64,000 bases of DNA from Eledone cirrhosa (Eukaryota): the NCBI GenBank assembly GCA_964016885.1, contig OZ024753.1, positions 23,064,001-23,128,000 on the forward strand, written 5' to 3'. Positions 52,819 through 64,000 of the stretch are shown here, in pieces; position 1 is the first letter of the stretch, and each line of letters starts with the position of its first letter. Position numbers and translations under genes: made by a program. The notes under the pieces were generated by a model. That model did not search any database and was not told the origin of the DNA. It was given only the letters and a program-made list of their open reading frames with translations.

Positions 52819-53535
52819 AGTTAAATAAAAGTCAAATGATTAAAATTTAGCTTCGTTTATTACTGCTATATATATTTCAGTGACAGCCATCTTTGGCTGT
52901 GACCTCTTCAGGCAGTTTGAATTAGTATGGTATAGACAAGTACATATGTTGTTTAGGTGTATGATATTGTCAATACTCTGATATGCCCAGTTCCTTGCTG
53001 GGTTGTTAATTCACTGGGGAACTGGAGTCATATGAATTCAAACAAACGAATTTTCGTGTCACAGGTCCCCTTCTCCTCTCATTGGTCAGTTATTAGTGTT
53101 GTCATTGTTGGAGTTAGCTTAAAAATTGATAAAATGGTAGAAGGGACAAGGTGTTGAAGGAACAAAATATCAAAAAAGGGGACCTGTGACACGAAAATTC
53201 GTTTGTTTGAATTCATATGACTCCAGTTCCCCAGTGAATTAACAACCCAGCAAGGAACTGGGCATATCAGAGTATTGACAATATCATACACCTAAACAAC
53301 ATATGTACTTGTCTATACCATACTAATTCAAACTGCCTAAACAGGTCACAGCCAAAGATGGCTGTCACTGAAATATATATAGCAGTAATAAACGAAGCTA
53401 AATTTTAATCATTTGACTTTTATTTAACTTTATTTTACACTACTCCGGAGTAACCAAACCAACCTGCGCACTTCGTCGAGTGCTCCAGCCTGCATACTGA
53501 GGTGTTGGTATACAACCAACATAAACTCTAAATCT
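52819..53535. mobile_element. Family D pLTR inverted doublet, tail on right arm
   Basis: Matches 32221-32585 and 37815-38176. Confidence 0.88.
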
Positions 53536-53547
53536 ATATATAAATAT

Positions 53548-53646
<99 letters not shown>

Positions 53647-53649
53647 AAT

Positions 53650-53687
<38 letters not shown>

Positions 53688-56022
53688 GCAAAAGTTTTAT
53701 TTAAAACTGTTGGGTTACAACGAGTAAATATTTTATAACTGATATAAAAGCACTCAACAGTTTCTGGAGTAGGTTTACGATATTAAACAAATGGAAACTA
53801 TATTTATAAAACCATATTTATTTCGTTATATATATTTCTGGGATATCATATTAAAAAATAGATCGATAATAGACAAACTAACCAAAATAACAACAATTTT
53901 AATTACAGTAACAACTTTAACAACTATAATAGAAAGCACTACAATAATTCCAAAAACCAGAAAAGAAATAGAACTAGAAATATAATATGGTTTGCCCCCC
54001 CCCCCCCCCTTTCTCACTAAACATTAAAACCCACATCGCTAAACTATTTTTTAATGCTCTTGACAAACGCTTCCCTAGAACACATAAATATCACTCAATT
54101 TTCAATAGACATACTATGAAATTAACGTACTCGTCCACCAAAAATTTAGCACAAAATATTAATAGAATAAATAATAGGAATCTAAAACCTAGCCAAAATA
54201 CCGAAAATAGCCTAAACAATATTCAAGTAAAAAAACTGTAACTGTAGAGATAGATCTAAATGTCCGCTAAATAACAATTGCTTAGTTAAAAATATAATAT
54301 ACAACTGTAATGTTAAAACTGATTTAAATTCTTTTAATTATGTTGGTTCCACCTCGACAGAATTTAAACTTCGCTATAATAATCACAAAAATTCTTTCAC
54401 GGATCCAAATAAAAAATCTTCAACATCGCTGTCAGGCTTACTCTGGCAACTTAAACATGATAAAGTTGGATATTCGATGGTTTGGAATATAGTCTCAAAA
54501 GGGATTCCTTTTAATTCCTCTTCTGAGACATGTGACCTCTGCGCGGAGGAGATATTCTTTATACTAAAATCTAAAAATTCCCTTAATTTACGAACCAATT
54601 TATTCAGCTGCTGCAGACATAGATTGAACTCAACTTTTAAATATAAATATAAATTTAAAATGTAGTATAAAATGTAGTATATTTACTTAAGATTTTTAAC
54701 TATTTATGAAACTTGGCGATAAATCTTTCGATTCCTTCAATTTTTTTAAAACCTTTCTGCATGAATATATAATTAATGAGATTAAATAAACTACCCTAAA
54801 ATTGGCGATGTTCCCAATCTTTTGAATAAATTTTTAAGCTGGATAAACTTCTATAATAAATATAAGAGCATTTGTAGAATAAGTTTTGAATGATTTCTGC
54901 TAAATAAGGCTTGGTGAACAATTTTGGTTTTGTTTGCTTTTGATTCTGATTTTATGTGACTGATATGCGTGGCATACTATGTTCTCTTGCGTCCATAGAT
55001 ACTCTGTGGAGTGACGAAGATATTCTTGGCGTTTTTAATTTTTAATATTGATATCTGTTGTCTATTCTATGCTTGATCGATAATCATGCAAGTGAGGCAG
55101 GAATGTTACTTTAAATGTTAATGTATATCTTATATATTTTATGTCTATATATATGTATATATGTATGTAAATATGTGTAGGGTGGAATCTTTTGTAACGC
55201 AATGAAGATTTTCATGAAATATAAGAATCTGTGGAGCATATCACGTAAGTTCACATGTGTGTCTATAATTATCAACTTGAATTTGAGATAACCATCTCTT
55301 TTCTCTTTTTTCTTTTTTTTCATGAGAATGCATATATACTTATGTTTGAAGTTTTGTCTCAGATTTTGCTTATAGACCTAAGAATTTTTAAACTAAGCAT
55401 GGGGTCATTTTTTTCACACATTATGGATATGTGTCTCATTCATGAATACTGATATTTACATTATAATACCTAATTCATAAAAATTGATAATTCAAATGGA
55501 TGAGACATAATATATTTTTAATATATTTTAAATATATCATCTTTCTTTCTTTTTCTCCTCTACACTGGACGTGATTTATGTGTCGGCTAGTTTAACTGTA
55601 TCCCTTCCCTCCTTAACCTCTCACATATACGATGATCATCTGTCCAAAAGCTGCCTACTATATTTTTTCGCTTCCTCAATGTATTTTTCTCTCTCCCATA
55701 TCTCCTTCTCTCTCTATCTCGCTCTGTTGTTTTTCTTTACATACATCTCTTCATCTTCTTTTTTATTTACATACATCTCTTCATCTTCTTCTTTTCATCT
55801 TCGTTTTTCTTTCTATATAACTGTCATAACAGTTTCACTACCAAATCAACTTTTTAAATGGAAGTTGCATTATTATAAGGTATGTCAAAATTATTTATAA
55901 AACAGCTTATGTATTGTATTTTGTCTGAGGAAGGCATACCATATTTTTAATATGATATCCCAGAAATATATATAACGAAATAAATATGGTTTTATAAATA
56001 TAGTTACCATTTGTTTAATATC

Positions 56023-56024
<2 letters not shown>
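53688..56024 (+). mobile_element. Family A' 3' fragment (frameshifted EN ~53860-54665, 3'UTR, HHR 55918-55981) with inverted tailed arm 53688-53858
   Basis: WF.PPFS, CNCRDRSKCPL, YVGST, CDLC; EN close to family A, 3'UTR diverged. Confidence 0.9.
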
Positions 56025-56079
<55 letters not shown>

Positions 56080-56146
56080 AATATATATATATATAAATAT
56101 ATAAATATATATATATATAAATATATATATGTATAAATATATATAT

Positions 56147-56183
<37 letters not shown>

Positions 56184-56212
56184 AATATATAAATATATAT
56201 ATATATATATAA

Positions 56213-56243
<31 letters not shown>

Positions 56244-56250
56244 TTTTTTT

Positions 56251-56865
56251 GTTACAAAATATCTGGTAGAGAATGTTGAGAAGCCAGAGGGGATCACTAA
56301 TGTAGGCGGGAAGCCGCTGGAATTGGTTGAGGACTTCCTGTATTTGGGAGTAAAGATTGGGAATACGGAGGATGATGTGGTTGAGAGGAAGAGCAAGGCC
56401 TGGGCGGCGTGCCACAGCTTGAGATCGGTGTGGAAGTCGGACCTTCGTAGAGACCTGAAAATCTGCCTCTTCATTGCTGTAGTGGAGTCTGTGCTGCTGT
56501 ATGGGTCTGAGACTTGGACACTGACCAAGAAACTCACTCAGATGGTGGATGGGTGCTACACGAGAATGCTGAGGATGAAAAACTCAGAGCTGTATGGGAG
56601 CATCCCAAAAGTCTGCTCAAAAGTGACACAGAGGAGACTGAGATTGGCTGGACATGCTCACCGACATCCAGAGTTGACATTGCACTCAGTGCTCCTTTGG
56701 GAGCCCCTACATGGACACACTAGAAGAGGAAGACCAAGGTTAACATATGTTGATGCCATAAGGACAGACACTGGTCTGTTGGAGATACAGGATATGGCAG
56801 CGATAATGAGGGACAGAGACCGCTGGAGAGAACTCGTCCATGGATCTCGGGAATTTTACCCGCCT

Positions 56866-56868
<3 letters not shown>
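56251..56868 (+). pseudogene. 3' fragment of an RTE-type non-LTR retrotransposon ORF
   Basis: [50 protein letters not shown]; no GIY-YIG domain. Confidence 0.85.
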
Positions 56869-56939
<71 letters not shown>

Positions 56940-56940
56940 A

Positions 56941-57027
<87 letters not shown>

Positions 57028-57058
57028 TATATATATATATGTATACATATATAAATAT

Positions 57059-58251
57059 ATATTGTTATACTTGGGGAGGGTCATATTTGCGTAATATTGC
57101 CAGAATTAATAACAGAACACACTGACTGCTTGGTTGGTTTTCGCTTCTCGCTGTCTCTTATATCTGCGATCTAACTTACTCGGTCCTCAATGTTGCCATT
57201 GACTGACCGACGGTCAAAAATAATACAGATACAATATAGACACAAACACATATATATAGTTTACATAATTTACATAAATCTTTCGTTGCACATCTGCAAC
57301 ATCGTCAGTGGTGTTATATTTTTTTCCTCCTGTTGTGTTGTATGTCTACGCCATTTTCTTTATTCAGTCTGTCTATATATTTATTTATTTATTTGCTTGT
57401 TTGTTTATTTTATTTTGTCTTCTTTGCGCATGCGTTTGCGTGTGTGTATAGTGTTATGTGTGCTGTGTGACTAGTGTGTATAGTGTTGTGTCTGCTGGGT
57501 GACTAGTGTGTGTTTATGTTTAGATATTAAACATAGGAATGACCCAGCAGATAGGCAAATCGGAGAGGCCAGTGAAATAGAAATTAGAAGACCATAGCTA
57601 AACAGAAAGAATGAGTGGAACAACAACAACACCCAAACAAACAACACTGACCTAAGAGAAGTATAAATAAGTAAATAAATAAAATAAAATAAAATAAGAT
57701 AAATAAATACATACACAAGCACAATAACAACAAGCACATAAACACACACTAGTCACCCAGCAGACACAACACTATACACACTAGTCACACAGCACACATA
57801 ACACTATACACACACGCAAACGCATGCGCAAAGAAGACAAAATAAAATAAACAAACAAGCAAATAAATAAATAAATATGTAGACAGACTGAATAAAAAAT
57901 GGCGTAGACATACAACACAACAGGAGGAAAAAAAATATAACACCACTGACGATGTTGCAGATGTGCAACGAAAGATTTATGTAAATTATGTAAACTATAT
58001 ATATGTGTTTGTGTCTATATTGTATCTGTATTATTTTTGACCGTCGGTCAGTCAATGGCAACATTGAGGACCGAGTAAATTAGATCGCAGATATAAAAGA
58101 CAGCGAGAAGCGAAAACCAACCAAACAGTGAGTGTGTTCTGTTATTAATTCTGGCAATATTACGCAAATATGACCCTCCCCAAGTATAAAAATATCTGTT
58201 TCGACACACGATTTCATATAAAAAACCTCGCTAAACTAATTCATCGCCGCT
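57059..58251 (+). mobile_element. Non-coding pLTR inverted doublet (family J, related to G)
   Basis: Arms ~57059-57520 and ~57737-58194; end TGACCCTCCCCAAGTATAA as in G; HHR CTGACGA-GTTGCA/TGCAAC-GAAA at ~57941-57983. Confidence 0.8.
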
Positions 58252-58265
58252 ATATAAATATATAT

Positions 58266-58324
<59 letters not shown>

Positions 58325-58376
58325 AATATATAATATATATATATATATAAATATATATATAAATATATAAATATAT

Positions 58377-59447
58377 AAAAATTAGAATTGTAGCTCTGAA
58401 ATAGCAATATATATATGGATGTAAATATAATGTATTTTGCAATACACTTTATGCTTAATTAAAAGCATGTTGAAGACCGTAAGCTATTGTTTTAAAGTAG
58501 TGACAAATTCACTCACTTCGATCTCAGCAAACAGGAGGAGATAAGCCGACATGACATGTTTCGCTTTTGTTGAAGCTTATCAAGGCCAACTACCCCACCC
58601 GTCTGCTGAGATCAATGATGTTATATTCTTATAGAAATCTAGTAAATAATCAGGAGCTGATTATGCAGAGCGGTTGTTGGTCAGGCAGAAATTAAAAATT
58701 AGAATTGTAGCTCTGAAATAGCAATATATATATGGATGTAAATATAATGTATTTTGCAATACACTTTATGCTTAATTAAAAGCATTTTGAAGACCGTAAG
58801 CTATTGTTTTAAAGTAGTGACAAATTCACTCACTTCGATCTCAGCAAACAGGAGGAGATAAGCCGACATGACATGTTTCGCTTTTGTTGAAGCTTATCAA
58901 GGCCAACTACCCCGCCCGTCTGCTGAGATCAATGATGTTATATTCTTATAGAAATCTAGTAAATAATCAGGAGCTGATTATGCAGAGCGGTTGTTGGTCA
59001 GGCAGAAATTAAAAATTAGAATTGTAGCTCTGAAATAGCAATATATATATGGATGTAAATATAATGTATTTTGCAATAAATTATATTTAAATATAATGTA
59101 TTTTGCAATACATTATATTTACATCCATATATATATTGCTATTTCAGAGCTACAATTCTAATTTTTAATTTCTGCCTGACCAACAACCGCTCTGCATAAT
59201 CAGCTCCTGATTATTTACTAGATTTCTATAAGAATATAACATCAATGATCTCAGTAAACAGGTGGGGTAGTTGGCCTTGATAAGCTTCAACAAAAGCGAA
59301 ACATGTCATGTCGGCTTATCTCCTCCTGTTTGCTGAGATCGAAGTGAGTGAATTTGTCACTACTTTAAAACAATAGCTTACGGTCTTCAAAATGCTTTTA
59401 ATTAAGCATAAAGTGTATTGCAAAATACATTATATTTACATCCATAT
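58377..59447 (-). mobile_element. Retrozyme-like 317-bp tandem repeat (family K, ~2.2 units) plus an inverted unit
   Basis: Unit starts 58381, 58698, 59015; HHR (U3-A8 core) at 58544-58589 and 58862-58906 (-), 59271-59318 (+). Confidence 0.8.
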
Positions 59448-59467
59448 AAATATATATATATATATAA

Positions 59468-60391
<924 letters not shown>

Positions 60392-60398
<7 letters not shown>

Positions 60399-60920
60399 TG
60401 AATATACCACGAACGCCATCCGCAGGACCATACGGAGGGAGGGACTTGACATACATTTGGCCCACACAGGACCTTCGCTCCGAAGATGCCTATCTACCAA
60501 ACCCGACGAGTCAGATGGGATGTGTTCCCTCAGCAACTGCCCGATACGGGGGGGAGATTGCCTACGCACCTATGTCGTATATAAGATTCAATGCGATAAA
60601 TGTAACAAGTCTTACTTAGGTAGCACCATCCGACCCCTACATCTTCGTATCAAGGAACATGTCAACACCAACGCATCTTCCTTCCGTAAACACATCCTTA
60701 AATGCGGAAACCCACAGGGCAGACCCTTGGTCACAGTCCTAGCGACTGAACGCAGCATCGGATCCTTAAGAATAAAGGAAGCACTTGTTATTAAGAACCT
60801 CAGACCCCACTTAACAACCGGGCTGAGAGAAATGAGCTGACATGGCTAATCTAACCATAGTGACCAGTAACAGCCCCTACGGCCTACTATCTTTCACACA
60901 CACGCACTTATATGTATACC

Positions 60921-60952
<32 letters not shown>

Positions 60953-61482
60953 TCTATATTTATACACGCACACATGTTTATACAACCTACCACCTTTCAC
61001 ACCCTTTGAATTCCAGCTCTACGGCCCACTATCTTTCACACACACACACTCACATACATACACACATACACATATACACACACTGTTACACACATATATA
61101 TTTACACACACATATTTTACGGCTTTCACACGCTAGCGCACCCTATTGATTTAACCCAATTGGTCAGTAGCTTTTGCCACAGCCTATCACGCGCACGCGC
61201 ATTCTTTCCCTCGTTTGAATTTTTCCCCATAACGGCATTCCTATGCTTTAACGACAATACAACTTTCTCCGGCTTAGCCTGTTCCCCCCTTTTGAAACTT
61301 TCCCCCCGTTGATGGGCGTGAGCCCGAAATATTGGGATTAAATCTCCACTACGGTAACCCTTCTACCTTTGTTTTGTTTGTTTTCGTTTTTTCGTTTCTC
61401 TCAATTTTCACTTTTCTCCTATTTCTCACTCACTTCCTACCTCGAGATTTCCCATCTGCATTGTTGTGGCTTTCTAAACTAC

Positions 61483-61490
<8 letters not shown>
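60392..61490 (+). mobile_element. PLE family N 3' fragment (CCHH GIY-YIG ORF to ~60850, 3'UTR)
   Basis: CSLSNCP linker, VVYKIQCDKC..YLGSTIRPLHLRIKEH..H; degenerate HHR-like GGGC-GTGA-GCCC-GAAA ~61305-61338. Confidence 0.82.
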
Positions 61491-61542
<52 letters not shown>

Positions 61543-61544
<2 letters not shown>

Positions 61545-62593
61545 CACCTCGACGCAGACGCACCTACACCTGACAATAACTGTATCGGCCTTAACAACTC
61601 CCTGACAGCATCCAATAGTGTTGGCAACGGCATCCGCAGACGCAACCAGAATAACCGCGAAGTGACTGGGGAACATGCAAAACATGGCGTGCGGAATAAC
61701 AATCGCACCATCCCGCGTGCTGTGGGCTGTAATTGTGCTAACGACAGCTGCGGTAGCGCAGCTAGCAACGTAGGTAGCAACAATGATAGCCTTATCGTGG
61801 GAAATAGACGGAACAGCGACAGAAATTGCAACTGCCGCGACAGAGGACGGTGCCCCCTTAGAGGATACTGCTTGACCGATAGGGTTATATATAGATGCAC
61901 TATTACTAGCCACAATAGCGTTAAACATTATATAGGGGCCACCTCCGGCCCGTTCAAAATTAGGTTTCGAACACATCTCCACTCTTTCACAAATAGAAAA
62001 CTAAGGCACTCCACCTCGCTCGCAGACTACATCACATCACTAAAGGACTTAAACATTAGCTTCTCCACGCACTGGGAGATTGTCGACAGGGCTGCACCGT
62101 ACAATTTCAAGAGGAAATGCGATCTTTGCCTCATGGAGCTCTACCACATCATAACTGCACCCCACGAGCTCATCAACAGCAGAGCTGAAACAGCGATAAG
62201 TTGTACACATCGCTTAAAAATATCCTTCTTTAGATGGGTTAAGAATGAAGAGTGAAATAGCACACTGGATCACCCTGCAACAAGTCTTAACACCCCGGCG
62301 GGCAGGCGCAGCAAAATAACACCCAGAAAACAATCCTTGCATACCAAAAATTATCCGGGAAGGACTGCCCTAACAAAGTTACCTCCCTTGACCTGCTGCA
62401 AAATCAAAACAAGATATTTTTGCGACCAATGAATCTTGATGTGGATTTAACCCCCAAAACTCTTTCCGAACTATATATGGAACACTTGTGATTGTTTATG
62501 CCCTTGAGAAGCCCAACTGGGCGAAACGTACGTAGGTGATATTTTAAATAAACATGTTTTAACGGTCTATTCTCCGATTTTTCACTTTCCCAC

Positions 62594-62595
<2 letters not shown>
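61543..62595 (+). mobile_element. Hydra-type PLE family I 3' fragment (linker + GIY-YIG ORF to 62255)
   Basis: CNCANDSC and CNCRDRGRCPL, YIGAT, CDLC. Confidence 0.9.
62498..62540 (+). ncRNA. Type I hammerhead ribozyme, U3-A8 core variant, family I
   Basis: ATGCCC-TTGAGAA-GCCC-AACT-GGGC-GAAA-CGTACG-TA-GGTGAT. Confidence 0.75.
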
Positions 62596-62642
<47 letters not shown>

Positions 62643-62653
62643 TATAAATATAT

Positions 62654-62912
<259 letters not shown>

Positions 62913-62922
62913 TATATATATA

Positions 62923-62974
<52 letters not shown>

Positions 62975-62984
62975 TAAATATATA

Positions 62985-64000
62985 ATAATTATAATGAAAT
63001 GACAGGAGGCTGGATTTGTGTAAATCCTTGAAAGGTTTATTATACTATGATCATTTCAATGACCGGGTTCCGTATGAATCCGGTGATATCATCAGGTATT
63101 CGAAATATAATACGTGAATGTAATAGATAAAATCCATGGGGTTTAAAATCGAGGACCCGAGGGCGACCGCTATTCTGCTCCTTCAACCTCAGCCGGTCGC
63201 CCTGGAGTGACGAGTCTAAAGTTTATAGTATGCTACTACTGGTCAAATAAACGAAAACAGAAAGGGATGGGAGCATAAGTTAACGTCGATCTCATGACAC
63301 AAGGTAAAAGAAAGAAAGAAAGGAAGGAGAGAGAAGAAGGGGGAAGAAAGAAGAAGAGAAGCCAGGGTTAATGTCAGCTAAAAGAAGAAAGGCAACTACT
63401 ACCGGTCAGATATAGGCAAGCAAGAGGGGAAGGAAGATAAGTCTGCGGGAGGAAGACAGGAAGAGGGGAGAAGAGAAGGAAGAGAAGAGAGAAGTATAAA
63501 GTAACGGTTGATGGCTACAAGAAGGAAGATAGAAAGAAAGAGGAAGAAAGGTCGATATTAATGTCAGACCACAGTCAAGCCAGGAGTGGCGCGAGAAAAT
63601 GTTCACAGGGACCCGCATCTTAGCAGAGGTGAATATATTGGGAGTCAGTGTGTTACAGTGTTTAGACTTCTAGGATGAAGTTAAAAAAATTAATAATCAA
63701 TATTCAATATTAAAGAGGTTAGAAAATTTAAAGTTCAACAGTTTAACATTTTATTATATAATAGTTCCGATTTGTTCTGTAATTTAAGGGTACTATGTGG
63801 CGGTTAAAACACCGGCCGCGCCCCGGGCCCCATGGCGAATTAAGCTACGCCGAGTATTTTCATTTACTGAAAGAAGGGGAAATTTATTTTTCCAAGCACT
63901 CCAGGTGAGCTCGTTCACCACATAGTACCCTTAAATTACAGAACAAATCGGAACTATTATATAATAAAATGTTAAACTGTTGAACTTTAAATTTTCTAAC
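62985..64000 (-). mobile_element. PLE 3'UTR/pLTR (family M); inverted arm starts ~63918 and runs off the window
   Basis: 63918-64000 is the reverse complement of ~63718-63820; HHR plus AATAAA near the (TA)n end. Confidence 0.75.
63042..63099 (-). ncRNA. Type I hammerhead ribozyme, family M
   Basis: ATAC-CTGATGA-..ACCGGATTC/GAACCCGGT..-GAAA-TGATCA-TA-GTAT, then AATAAA. Confidence 0.85.

Overview
AT-rich eukaryotic (probably cephalopod or other aquatic invertebrate) repeat region with no recognisable host gene. It is a dense cluster of Penelope-like retroelements (PLEs) separated by, and ending in, (TA)n tracts. Six coding families (labelled A, C, D, E, F, I here) have the RT + CxCx5C linker + C-terminal GIY-YIG layout of Hydra-clade PLEs. 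Two further PLE fragments (G, N) have CCHH-type endonucleases. There are also several non-coding pLTR-only families, two retrozyme-like tandem arrays, one RTE-type LINE 3' end and a short SINE-tail insertion. The longer PLE ORFs are truncated or carry stops/frameshifts. About 14 distinct type I hammerhead ribozyme (HHR) or HHR-like designs can be read by eye. Most insertions are inverted doublets in which only one arm carries a 3' 'tail'. The most notable signal is a covarying RCTC...TNGAGY stem at the start of the tail in about 10 otherwise dissimilar families, with the tailless arms joining (TA)n about 2-6 nt upstream of it; this suggests a cis RNA element that positions reverse-transcription priming. 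Family labels are my own and coordinates were read manually (+/- a few nt).
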